A stretch of DNA of 64,000 nucleotides from Azolla caroliniana (lineage: Eukaryota > Plantae > Polypodiophyta): contig JBHGNT010000110.1 in NCBI GenBank assembly GCA_043228905.1, forward strand, positions 1 through 64,000. The letters run 5' to 3'. The notes below the pieces were generated by a model, which saw only the letters and a list, made by a program, of their open reading frames with translations, was not told where the DNA came from and ran no database searches. Position numbers and translations under genes: made by a program. Position 1 is the first letter of the stretch, and each line of letters starts with the position of its first letter. Positions 1-12,339 of the stretch are shown one piece after another.

Positions 1-819
1 AAGAATGCTCCCGCATCTTGAATCCCATCACCTGCAAAAGCAAATTGAAAAGCCATATTGGCCACAAATAAAACATGTCGTCCCTCTAATACGGAAAGAA
101 TCGGCCCTCCCTAGAGCGCCAAAATGATGATGAGAGAAAGAAAAAAGATAGAGAAGAGAAGAGGAAGAAAAAAGAATACTTCAATATCTATTAGGAAAAC
201 AATACAATCCTCTTAGACTCCAAAAGTAACAACCCCAAATAACTACTTCAATATACTATTTACCAAAATAGTCTTTCCTTCTTCTCTCTTTCTTCAACTA
301 ATCTTCTTATTCTTCCTCACTTCTTCTTGTAGATATTCTATTCCTCCCTTTGTCTCCGCCAATTGCTAAGAATACCCTCATATTTATAAGTTTTTAGTTG
401 CGTTATTCTTGCTTTTTTCTTTTCTTTTCTTTCTACACATCCTCGAGTTTGTGTGATGCGTTTTTCATATCATTATTTCTGGTTTGTCATCCAAATTTGT
501 CATACCAAAAATCTCTCTTTGTCATCTTTCTTATAAATCTTTTCTTTTGACATTTGGATATGAGATGAAGAAGTTATGAGCTTTTTTCTCTGCCTTGCTT
601 TTTCTGCCTTTTTTCTACCTTTTTTATGCGTTTTTTTCTTTTTTCTTTTTTCCTACTTTTTTAACTTTTGGAAAACGCCTCTAACATCATATCCCTTCAA
701 TTTTATTCATCTTTTAACTCTTGAAACTTTCATATTGTGCTTTATTCTTATACACCTTAGCATCCCATGTATTTGCCTTGGTCTTTTCTTACGAGCAAAA
801 ATTGACTTCACACGTATCT

Positions 820-3560
820 CTCCGGCTCACGCACAACTGCCACCTTCACCATGTAAGAATAATGATGCGGCATTTACTCATTGTACCTGTACCTTTCCAC
901 AAGGTTTTTTTGGCGGGTGGATCGTCACAATTCCCTATTCGCCGATTTCACGGCCGTGTTGGCCGACACAGACTTCTCTTCCGAAGATCCGTCACTGTTT
1001 TTTTCAGAGTTGGATTCGCTCCGATCTTACTTGTCTCTGCTGGTGGCGTATTCCAACATGTTCTTCTTCCCCTTCTCCTTGCGTGTGAACCATCTCGTTG
1101 GTTCCTTACGCAGGGAGAGCATGGATGAGTCTCCGTTGCTCGCCCACTCAGCCGGAACGAGATCAAACTCTCATCTAGAGCGCCGAAACCTTCTTCATCT
1201 TCTTCCCGGACTGGTTTGAGCTCACTGGCCTCATCCTCCGGAATTAGGTCGCAGTCGAAAATCAGAGTCGGAAGAGAGTACCATGATGCCAACTCATCAA
1301 ATTCGATATCTCGGCTCACTCGAACTTGTTTTGTTCGAGGGTTATATTCATGTGAGTAACCGACTAGGATGCACTTCTCCGACTTTGGGTCTAGCTTTCT
1401 CCACTCCTCATCCGGTACATGCACATATGCTATACTACTAAATATCCGAAGGTGCCGCTTCCGCCTGAAATACAGCTCTTGTGCTGACACCTTCTCCCCA
1501 ATCTAGTTTTGGATGTAGACGGTCGTCCTGACCGCCTCAACTTAGTACAATTTGGGCATGCTTTTCTCCTCAAGCATTGCCCTTGATGGCCGACAATTGA
1601 CAACTCCTTCCTTTCGGCCACATCATTTTGTTCAAGGGTGTACCTGCAACTGAATTCTCTCCGAATTCCTTTTTGTTGCAGATAACTATTGAATTTGCTG
1701 GAAAAATATTCTTTTCCGCCATCCGATTGCATACATTTGATCTTCCTCTCCATTTCCTGTTCAACGAGACTTTTCAGGTTCCGGAAACAATCGAAGACTT
1801 CACTTTTCTTCTTGATGAGGTAGATCCACGTGTGCCGATTGTAGTCGTCAATGAAAGAGACGAAATATCGGCTCTCGCCAACACTAACGTTTTGTGCCGG
1901 TCCCCATACATCCAAATGTATTAGATCGAGCTTGTTACGACTCTGATTTCTTTTGTTGGGGAACGGAAGCCGGTGTTGCTTCCCAAGTTGGTCGGTTTCA
2001 CAAATTTAGGCCTTCCGGCCACGAAATTTCGGCAATCCAAAAGCAACTTATTTCGATTGCAGGTCCTGAAGCCTACAGTAGTTGACGTGGTTGATCTGCT
2101 TGTGCCAGAGATCGATGTCTGATTCGATCTTCTGTCCTTTTGAGAAAATAGCGGTGCCGACGTTGTTGGTGTCGAGGATGATCATCCTCCCATCCCTATG
2201 CCCTTGCGCAATTATCTAGTCTTCTTCCTTGATGAAGCACCTGAGGTGTGTAAACCACACCTGCATCCCCTGGTCAACAATCTGCCCAACCAACACCAGG
2301 TTCTTTGTGATTGTTGAAACATGTAGCACGTTCATGAACTTTCCCTTTTATTCGACATGGCTTAAAGGGACTTCTCTGACATGCACAATTGGGTGAGGAG
2401 TGTCGTCTCCGGTTTCGACAACTCCTGGTTGCTCCATCGTTTCCAGAAACGAGAACCACTCTTTGTGACTCGTCATGTGGTTAGACACTCCGAAGTCAAC
2501 ATACCACACTTCCTCTGATTTGGAAGTGATCTTCTTCATCGAGTTCGCCTTGTGTTTGTTTCATCACAAAGGCTGGCCCTTTTCCGGTCTTACCGGATCT
2601 AGATCCTTCTGATCCCTCGGCTTAGTGCGAGCTTTGCCGATTCCCTTGTTCGGCCTTGCTGGCTCTGGATTTATCCGAATCGGCACGCTTCTTCCAGCAC
2701 TCGCTCTCTCGATGGCCCTTCTTGCCACAATACCAACATTCTATGTTGGTTTTCCCTTGCCGGTTTTCGGCGCCACCTTGACTCCCCTTGTTAGTGGAGG
2801 GTTTGGAACTACTGTCGGTACTATCTATGTGCCTCCGGTTCTGCTCTTGTCAGCTGCCTACATTGCGTGCCGATCCACCTCATCCTCCATGCCCACAGGG
2901 CCGATCCGCCTCCATGTCCAGCATCCGGTTGTCCGATTGAGTGGTCCTTGGCCCAGTCACATGGTTTTCTTCGACCATGAGCATTGATTGCAGGTCGCAA
3001 AAGGACAGTGGTTTTTCCTGGGTGAGGATAGTGGTCCCGATGGGCTCCTACCTTTGAGCCAAACCACCGAGGCAGATTTGCACCATTTCATCCTCGTCTA
3101 TGGTGCAATCTGAAACTGACATATCCTTTTGTTGGATATTGTTCATTTCTTGTTGTAGTTGTGGCTTCCGGGCTGAGGTATTTGCAACGAAAATCTTTTT
3201 CAGATTTTCCCAAGCCTGTTTCGGTGTCTTAGCATCTCTAATGTGGCCGATCATCTGGTCGTGAATGGAGGACCCAAGGCAGTAGAGAACTCTACTTGCT
3301 CCTTGTTCCCATGCCGGGAACTCCTTTAGTGATGACTTCGCCGCTATTTCATTCGCACTCTCAACATAACTCCAGTATCCATTTCAAAGCAGATGCTAGT
3401 GCATCTTGTATGATCAGGATACATAGTTGTGTCTGTCAAGCTTCTTTGTCGGAAGCGAGCTTGCCATACTTCTGCCCATCTTTCGCTCTTTACCGGGTGT
3501 TAGGGTTTGTCTTCAGTAATCGCTTGTCGGCTGCGGAGGTTCTCAACCCTTGCGTTGTTA
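820..3560 (-). pseudogene. Decayed Ty1/copia internal region (gag, zinc knuckle, protease, integrase; RT missing)
   Basis: Fragmented ORFs 3048-3254 (gag, AWENLKKIF), 2348-2539 (protease, VWYVDFGVSNHMT), 1430-1915 (integrase, DVWGP...FIDD...SDGGKEY) and 948-1490. They are colinear with the copia at 16072-21724 and carry many stops and frameshifts. Boundaries approximate. Confidence 0.85.
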
Positions 3561-5809
3561 TAACTTGTAAAAGTTAGTGTCCGGAAGCTTTGACAAACTG
3601 GTTTAGATGGATAGCAATAGAGAGAGTACAGGTTGCCACTAGCCGAGCCTTGTACCGGTTGACCGAGCCATCGGTGTTGTTCTTGACTTTGTACACCCAT
3701 CTACACCCGATCGGCTTCACACCCTTTGGTGCGTCAACCAGGTCCCAGGTCTCGTTCTCCGCCAATGCGCGCATCTCTTCCTCCATCGCGGCACGCCAAT
3801 TCGCGTTTTTAGCCGCTTCTGTGTAGCTCTCCGGCTCACGCACTTCCGCTACACGGGTCATGTACGCATAAAGATGCGCCATGTACTCGTTGTATCCGAA
3901 CCGCAAAACAGGGTTCTTCTGGCGGGTAGATCGGCGTAATCTCACATTAGCCGATGTCGAGGCCTTCTCGGTCGACGCGGTCTTCACCTTTAAAGACCCG
4001 TCACCGGTTCCCTCAGAGTCAAACTCGCGTCGGTCTGATTCGTTCCTATCCGTGCCAGAATCCGACACCTTCTTCTTCCCTTTCTCTTTGCGCGTAAGCC
4101 GTCTCCTCGGCTTCCTGCGCGGGGAATGCACGGCCGAGTCTCCACTACTCGCCGGCTCTTCATCGGACTGGTCGTACCGACTCAGTCGTCCAATCGGTCC
4201 ACTTAACCGAAGTGAAATCGGACTCTCTTCGCGGGTCTCGATTTCGGGCTCATCCGGAGGCATCTCAGCCTCGCTGACCTCATCGTCAGAACATGGATTG
4301 GACTCGGGGTTCGGAGTTGGGGGCTGGTACCAGGACGCGGACTCGTCAACCACAACGTCGCGACTAACACGCGCTTGTTTGGTGCGAGGGTTATAGCACT
4401 TATAACCCTTCGGCTCGTCCGAGTAACCGACCAAGATGCATTTCTCGGCCTTTGCGTCCAGCTTCCTCCTTTTCTCCTTCGGTATATGCACATACGCAAT
4501 GCTACCGAACACCCTCAAGTGTCGCAAGTTCGGCTTCGTTCCGAAATATAGCTCGTGCGCCGACACTTTGTCTCCAATCCGGTTCTGGATATATACCGCG
4601 GTCCTTACCGCCTCGGCCCAATAGAACTTGGGCAAGCTTTTCTCCTCCAACATTGCTCGTGCCGCTTCCACAACTGACCGATTCTTCCTCTCGGCCACGC
4701 CGTTCTGCTCCGGCGTGTATCTGCAACTGAATTCGCGCCGAATTCCCATTTGTTGTAGATAACCGTTGAATTGACCGGAAAAGTACTCTTTCCCGCCATT
4801 CGACCGCAGGCACTTGATCTTCCGTCCCGTTTCCGTTTCCACGAACCCCTTGAGGTCCCGGAAACAGTCGAAGACTTCGCTCTTCCTCTCAATGAGGTAG
4901 ATCCACGTGTGCCGCGTGTGGTCGTCGATGAAGGAGACGAAATATCGGCTCCCGCCAAGACTAACGTTTTGTGCCGACCCCCATACATCGGAGTGTATAA
5001 GGTCGAGCTTGTTCCGGCTCCGATTTTGCTCGTTGGGGAAAGGAAGTCGATGTTGCTTCCCGAGCTGGCAGGCTTCACAAATTTGTGCCTTTCGGCCACT
5101 AAATTTGGAACACCGGGTCATTTGAAACAGGTAATATGTCGCATTCTCTTTTTCATATCTTAGTGAGATGTTAAAAAATGCCTTATTTAAGCAGAATTTC
5201 AACAAGGCACGACGCATGTGTATGTGGTTTATGAAAACATAGCGAAAAAAAGAACTAACTAATATCACGTCAACAAAATCATCCGACGTATATTCTATCT
5301 ACCATGTTTTTGTCCAAATCTTAGACAGGGGTGTATTTGTCAACACAAGTATAATAGTAACACGGGTCCTTGTGCATATTCTAAAAAGCATGCCCCATTG
5401 AATAAGTGACTTCTTCTAATTATGTGTGTATATTTAAATATAATACATCTTAAAGCAAATTGTGAACCTTGCAATTAAGAGATACTACTATGTCAAGAGA
5501 AAATTTCCATTGACACGTGATACATGACACTGTCAATGTATAAATAAACTAGTCTACAATAACATTCCAATCATACGAGTAAATGATAGAGTATAAACTT
5601 ATCTCCGATATACCGCAAATGATAAAGGAGAGTTTAGATAACATGTACACATACAAGTATACTTAATTTCTAAGTTCAATGATTGTTACACGAAAATTAT
5701 AAGTAAGCTCAACTTATATATTACGTCAAAATTTAACAATTCATATTGTTCAAAATTTACAATAAGCCATAACCATTCAATCGAATAATAAGTCTGGTAA
5801 AGCCGTCTA

Positions 5810-6250
5810 CTCAGGATTAGCTCTTTCATCAGGATTGTCCTCATTGGCTTCGTCAGTACGCTAAGTTGAATTGTTAGTATGTTCAGACTCTGAAACGTCT
5901 TCTAATTCAACAAGTTGCCCTGCGTCTTCATCTATAGTTCCACAAGTTTTTTAAAAGTCATCTGGAACATCTAAGTTTTATTGATATGCTTTGCCCCAAC
6001 TTCTTGGTCTTGATCAGGACAACCCCAGATACCTTGGATCCTCATTTTGATGACATTAACTTGCTCAAGGTCCTTCTCTAATGCAACAGAGTTCCTGATA
6101 ATCTTTAAGGCGTATGTTTTAGTAGTACATGACAGTAGAATGAAATTGCACAGGTAACATCAAACTGAAGAATAGAATATAACGTTAATCTAAATTGATG
6201 TAAGTTTTATATTATATACCTGTGTCAGAAAACTAATCTAAAACCCATTG
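5810..6250 (-). pseudogene. Remnant of the last two exons of the transposon-borne amino-methyltransferase gene
   Basis: Manual translation gives QWVLD*FSDTG, a phase-1 GT intron, then TTKTYALKIIRNSVALEKDLEQVNVIKMRIQGIWGCPDQDQEVGAKH. This aligns with DWILDLFSGTG / TTSACALKLFRNTVALEKDEDQVIFINMRIKALWECPDQDEEVGAKN at 33150-32890. Intron position is the same; stops and a frameshift are present. Confidence 0.88.
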
Positions 6251-6274
6251 AAAATTTGAAAAAATAAAAAATCT

Positions 6275-8270
6275 TGGATTTTTAATTGGAATCCAATGCG
6301 ATGCACTAGATTTCAGTTGAAAATCCAAGTTTTTTTTTTTTGTAATTTTTAAAATTTTTTCCATTAAAAAATAAAAAATGGATTTTCAGCTAAAATACTA
6401 TGCACTACATTATATTTTAGTATATATAGCTAGAATCTAATGCAATGCGTTAGATTAGAGTCGAAAATCCTTTTTTCTTTTTTCTTTTTCCAATGTTATT
6501 TATTTATTTATTTTCCATATAAAAAAATAATAAACGGCTTTTCAACTGAAATCCGATACACTACATCAGATCGTAGTCTATACAACTAGACATTGATGCA
6601 TTGCATCAGATTTTAGCTGACAATCCTCTTTCTTTTCAATTGTTTTTCATTTTTTCAAAAAATAAATAAAAATATATTAAAAAAGTGGATTTCCAACTGA
6701 AATCTAATGCACTACATCGAATTTCAATTAAAAATCCAAATTTCTTTTAGGTTTTTCATAAAACAATGAGATAATAAAAAAATATTACATTTTCAACAAA
6801 ATTTGAATCATTGAGTCGGATTTCAATTGCAAATTAATGTTTTATGAAAAAACATAAGAAAATATATTGGACTTTCAACGGAAATCCGATGCACTACATC
6901 GGATTTCTGTTGAAACTCAGTGATTTTGAACGGAAATCCGATGTAGTGCATCGGATTTCCATTGAAAATCCTGTTGAAAATGATTTGTTTTCAACAGGAA
7001 TCCGATGCACTACATCGGATTCCCGTTGAAAACACATCATTTTAAATGGAGAAAATCACAATTTGTTTATTTTTAACACTTTTTTAGAGAAAAATATAAA
7101 CAAATAAGAAAATTTGTAAACAAACAAGAAAAAGTGAACTTTCAATGGAAATCCGATGCAGTGCATCGGATTTCCGTTGAAAATCCTTTTTTTTCAATTC
7201 CTATATATTTATTTATGATAAAAACAAAAACAATTCAAAAAAAATACAAAAACAAATTCAAAATATCTGAAAAATTGGAAACAAATAAGACAAAATGGAT
7301 TTTCAATAGAAATCCGATGAAGTGCATCGGATTTCTATTGAAAACCCATTTTTTGCAATTTTTATTTATTTATTTATGAGAAAAAATGAAAAAAAATTTT
7401 AAAAATACAAAAACATATTTTAAAATATGAAAATTTGGTAACAAATAGCAAAATGTGGACTTTCAATAGAAATCCAATGCCATGCATCGGATTTCCTTTG
7501 AAAATTCATTTTTTCAATTTCTACATAGTTATTTATGAGAAAATAGACAAACAAAATACCAAAAAAATTCTAAAAACTATGAAAATTTGGAAAATTTTAA
7601 GAAAAAGTGGATTTTCTACGGAAATCCGATGCAGTGCATCGGATTTCCATTGAAAATCTATTTTTTCAATATTTATTTATTTTTTATAGAAAAAATTCAA
7701 AAAAATTCAAAAAAATTCAAAAAAAAAAGAAAATTTGGAAAAAAATACGTAAAAGTGGACTTTCAACCAAAATCCGATGCAGTGCATCGGATTTCCGTTG
7801 AAAATCCATTTTTTCAATTTTTATTTATTTTTTTATGGGAAAAATAAAAACAAATTCAAAAACAATTCAAAAAATAAGAAAATTTTCAAAAAAATAAGAG
7901 AAATTGGATTTTCAATTGAATCCGATGCACGGAATTGGATTTCCATTGAAATCTAATTTTTCAATTTTTATTTATTTATTTACGAGTAAAATAAAAAATG
8001 TTTATTTGTTTATTTATGGGAAAATGTTTTATTTTTTCAATTTGTATTTATTTATGTATTTTCGGGAAATCCATGCAATGTATCATATTTTAGTCTATGT
8101 AGCTAGAATTCAATGCAATGCATTAAAATGCAAGAGTATTTTTTTAATGGAAATTTTTAAAAAAATTCCAAGACTTACAAGAATCTAATGCATTATATCC
8201 AATTCTAGATGTATAGAGTAAAATTCGACATGTTGCGTCAAATCTAGATGGAATGAATCGGATTTCTGTA
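6275..8270. repeat. Array of about 20 palindromes (core AAATCCGATGCAGTGCATCGGATTT, extended TTTTCAAC...GTTGAAAA) with A/T-rich spacers
   Basis: Well-preserved cores start at 6882, 6934, 6998, 7149, 7310, 7470, 7622, 7770 and 7918. Spacing is 52 bp, then 64 bp, then 148-161 bp. Outer copies are degenerate. Copy number is a manual estimate. Confidence 0.9.
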
Positions 8271-8382
8271 CGACATCAAAGGCTTACTATGAGAATCTAA
8301 GAAAAATGGAAAACATCTTTAAGACATTTTTTAGATTCTAATGATTTTGGTAGAAAGCTTCTCTCACATAATCTAATCTTGT

Positions 8383-8720
8383 AAATGGAAAGTACATAAT
8401 GAAATATCATAACCAAAAAGTGAGGAGGAAAGATGCATCAAGCACATCTACTCTTACATTGGATAATGTTTATATATTAGTGTATGACTTATCTTTGACC
8501 AAAACAAGTTATCTGTGACAGACCACAATGAAGATACTAAATGAGGATCTGGAATGTGGCTTCAGACACAACACAAAGACAAACAAGAAGCATGACTCAT
8601 AAACTCGATGAGGTTGGATTGCAATTGGATCAACACAATGCATTAGTTGCCATTGATGATGAGGATGAGACCTCATAAACTCGTACTAGTTCATCTAATG
8701 GGTATGAAGATGATGACATA
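8383..8720 (+). pseudogene. Remnant of the transposase C-terminus
   Basis: Translates as NGKYIMK...STSTLTLDNVYILVYDLSLTKTSYL*QTTMKILNE...LDQHNALVAIDDEDE. This matches TGKYTLE...NTSTLDISDVDIIVYDFTLTKAGRLRKSTIDIIKE...YDEDNALIGTSEDDEEE of ORF 37617-40397. Confidence 0.82.
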
Positions 8721-10724
8721 AACTTGAAAAATGATTGTCATGATACGTTAACTATAAATATTGTATTGCACATCAAGATTTGGATTCAGAATTTCTATAA
8801 ATATTGGGGTTAGTCATTTTGGACATTCATTTGTAAGTTTGGCATGTCCATTATTTAGGCATTTTTTTCAACACCTAAATTTCCGTACATGTTAAAAATC
8901 AATATATTTTTGGGTCATTTTTAAAATTCCTTTACGCATGCGGCACCCCTTTTTGTGAATCACCCTAATTTGTGTCATTTTTTGATGGACAGTTCTCAAA
9001 ATGTGACATATTACCTGTTTCAAATGTCCCGGTGTTTTGGGCAATCCGAACACTACCTGTTTCGATTGCAGATCTTGAAGCCGCTGGTAGTTGACGTGGC
9101 CTATCCGCTTGTGCCACAAGTCGATGTCCGACTCGGTTTTTTGTCCATTCGCGAACATTGCGGTGCCGCCGTCAGTGGAATCGAGGATGAACATCCTCCC
9201 GTCTCTGCGCCCTTGCGCAATCACACGGCCTTCTTCCTCAAAGAAGCGCCCGAGGTGTGTAAACCGAACCTCCATCCCTTAGTCGACGATCTGTCCGACC
9301 GAGACCAAGTTTTTCGTGATTGTCGGAACGTGCAGCACGTTCTGAGTTTCCCTTTCTGCCCGACATGGCTAAGGGGAACTTCTCCGACATTCGCGATCGG
9401 ATGCGGAGTGTCGTCTCCTGTTGCGACTACTCCAGGTTGTATCGGTTTTTCAAGGTACGAGAACCACTCCTTATGGCTCGTCATGTGGTTTGACGCGCCA
9501 GAGTCTACGTACCACACCTCGTCCGATCTCGGGGTGGTCTGTTTCATTGAGTTTGCTTGGTGTCTCGTCACGAAGGCAGTCCCTTCTCCGGTTCTCCCGG
9601 AGTCTTCGGCGTAGTGCGATCGCTGCCGATTTCCCTTGTCGGTATGTCTGGAGCCGTTTCCGGAACCAGTTCTCTCCGAATCGGCGAGGTTCTTCCAGCA
9701 CTCACTTTCCTTGTGGCCTTTCTTGCCACAGTACCAGCACTCCGCGATGGACTTCCCTTGCCGGTTCTCATCGCTTCGACTCCCATTGTTTCCGAAGGGT
9801 CCGGAGTTGTTGTCGGCATCAGTTTGGTGCCTTCTTCCTTGATCTCGTCGGCCGCCTCCATTGCGCGCTGACTCGCCTCATCCTCCACGGCCACGGGGCC
9901 TATCTCCCTCCGTGTACAGCATTCTGTTGTCGGTGTGCGTGCTTGTAGACGCACCCGCATGGTTCTCCTCTACCAGGAGCATTGACTGTGAGTCAAAAAA
10001 GGACAGCGTATTCTCCCGGGTACACACAGCCGTTCGGAACGCTCCGAACTTCGACGCCAAACCTCCGAGACAGATCTGGACCATCTCTCTCTCCTCGATG
10101 TTCACCTCTATGGAGGCGAGGGAGTCGCAGATATCCTTGATCTTCGAGGTATAGTTTGCCACCGACAAGTCGCGTTGTCGTAGGTTGCTCAACTCTTGTC
10201 GGAGCTGAAGCTTCCTAGCTGTGGTGCTCGCGGCGAAAATCTTCTTCAGATTTTCCCACGCACCCTTCGGCGTCTTTGCATCCCAAACATAGCTCAATAG
10301 TTGTTCGCCCACACACGACGCAAAGTAGTATAATACCCTGCTCGCCGATTGCTCCCACGACGGGAAGTCTCTGTGTGTCGATTCGGGTGCCGCGTCATTA
10401 GCTCCTTCGACATAACTCCAGTAGCCGTGCCCGAGCAGGTACTGGTGCATCTTGTTGGACCAAGACGCGTAGTTGGTCCTATCGAGCTTCTCTGTTGGAA
10501 GCGAGCTCGCCATGCCTCTATCCATCGTTCTTCTTGTTCTTCTTCGTCAAGCTGTGTCGGCTGCAGAGAGGTTCTTAACCCTCGCGCTCTGATACCATGT
10601 AGAAAGTAGCGTGCGGAAGCAAGTATGAAGACAGAACAGAAGGAAGAACACTCAGGTTTAATGGAGAGCTTGAGCTTACACAGTATACGCGGGAGAGACC
10701 GAGAGAGTTAGAGATCTTCTAATT

Positions 10725-11600
10725 ATGATCGAGGAATGTTGCTATGGGGTTACACTCTATCATCCCAAACTTGAAGAGAAGATTGAGGATATAGTGTCTT
10801 TGAGAGATCAAGATGTCATCGAGGGTCCGAATTACTTCTATTCCTAGAAAGTAATGGAGATCCTTCATATCGATCATTCTGAATCAGTCAGAAAGTAGGC
10901 TTTTGGTATGTTTGATGTCCCCGAGGTGCTCTCCTCCAATGACCAAGTCGTCTACATAAATTATGATAAATAGCTATCCTCTGGAATCATTCCAGATGAA
11001 CAGACAATTATCAGACTTGGCAATGTTAAAACCGTTTTGGTGAAGATATTGGGTTATCTTTGAGTGACATGCTCTCGGTGCTTGATTGATACTATAGAGA
11101 GGCTTTTTGAGTCTGTAGATAGCAGTCGGATGCGTACTCAACTCGAATCCAGGTGGTTGCACCATGTACACCTCCTCCTCTAACTCACCTTGCAGGAAGG
11201 CGTTCTTTACATCCATTTGGGGGAGGTGCCACCCTTTTGCTGTTGCAAGCGCAATCACGTTTCGAATGGTAGTCATCTTTGCCACCGGGGCAAAGGTCTC
11301 TTCATAATCGACCTCGTGTGTCTGCACATATCCTTTTTCCATAGGCCGAGCCTTATATCGATTGATGGTGCCGTCAGCATTGTGTTTCACCTTAAATATC
11401 CACTGGTAACTAATCGCCTTTTGGTGGGGTGAAGAGGGAACAAGATCCTAGGTCTTGTTTTTGGCAAGCTCTTGCATCTCCACATTCATCGCTTCGACTC
11501 ATTGGGGGTACTTGGCGGCTTTGGAAAACATTTTCGGCTCTCAAACTGTCGCCACCTTCATCATAAAGGCATAATGATATACCATGTAGTCATTGTGTAC
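10725..11600 (-). pseudogene. Ty1/copia reverse transcriptase fragment
   Basis: ORF 10974-11390 has RYKAR..., DYEETFAPVAKMTT and QMDVKNAFLQGELEEEVYM. Downstream YVDDL and YFLGIEV are present with stops. Confidence 0.85.
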
Positions 11601-11649
11601 CCGAGGATAAGGCATACGATCAACAATCCCAATGTATGTTGACACCTAA

Positions 11650-12110
11650 TTGAAAAGAATGGCGTGCGGAAGCAATATAGGGAAAAACCGAACAACTGAA
11701 AACGCATGTTTAATGGAAAGCTTAGGTTTGCACAGTACACACGGGAGAGACAGAGAGAGAGAGAGAGTAAACACAAGAACTTAATTCCAAAAGATAATAC
11801 TCAATCTGTACATAGGATGTGCTCAGTGAGCACTTTATAAAAGCCCTGACAATCGGGCTGACACAAGTACTGACAGTACTTGACTGCTCATAAATGAGCC
11901 TCGACTCTTACTCCCAAAACTATTCCTTACGAGGAATATCTCTCTAACGGCCTTTCGGTTTACGCACCGATACGGCCTTCCTACGCACTGGTTTGCGTAC
12001 CGTTTTACGCATCCGTTTTACGCACCGGTCCGGCCTAACCGATCGGTCCCAACCGATCCGGTCCTCGGCTTGCTCAGCCGATCCGGCTGGTGTTGAGCTT
12101 GTCTCTCAAC
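11650..12110 (-). repeat. Copia LTR (relative of the 16072-16458 LTR)
   Basis: Begins TGTTGAGAGACAAGCTCAACA on - at 12110 and shares blocks with the 387-bp LTR. Left boundary approximate. Confidence 0.75.
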
Positions 12111-12339
12111 ACTAATCAAGTTCAAATCTTCGCAACCTATGTCCTCCAAGACGAGACCCTCCTTGCTGACATCACCACGATCACTACAACCTATCTCTTT
12201 GCTTAGGAAATCAAAGCATGTTTCAAGGACCCAACTCATCAATCATAGGGAGATGACCTTGAAAAATTCTCCTTTCAAGATGGGGTACTCTGAGGAACAA
12301 TCTGGTCTGTGTCCCGGAAGGGCCGTGCCGAATTTGCAT

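Larger units (their letters stand above)
5109..9036. mobile_element. Non-autonomous TIR DNA transposon (3,928 bp), internally deleted relative of the element at 31632-40755
   Basis: 37-bp TIRs 5109-5145 and 9000-9036 (AACACCGGGWCATTTGAAACAGGTAATATGTCRCATT, 2 mismatches) and 4-bp TSD TTGG at 5105-5108 and 9037-9040. Same AACAC...GTGTT termini as the larger element; carries remnants of both its genes. Confidence 0.93.
3633..10712 (-). mobile_element. Truncated Ty1/copia element (same family as 16072-21724), split by a DNA transposon at 5109-9036
   Basis: Partial 5' LTR 10598-~10712, PBS TGGTATCAGAGC at 10586-10597 (-), gag ORF 9878-10525, protease WYVDSGASNHMT, integrase and start of RT in 3633-5108. 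The sequence joins seamlessly across the insertion (AAAT-TTGG-GCAATCC, matching the 18010-18030 copy). Confidence 0.9.

Noticed and set aside
1-800. Possible LTR or gene fragment at the window start
   Set aside because: AT/CT-rich with no termini, repeat partner or coding motif visible in the window; left unassigned.
3574-5268. 564-aa ORF as a real gene
   Set aside because: Chimeric: the first ~53 codons come from the DNA transposon end (5109-5268), the rest is copia pol, and the last codons run into unrelated sequence.
6844-8188. Short K/F/I-rich ORFs
   Set aside because: Translations of the palindrome array and its A/T tracts.
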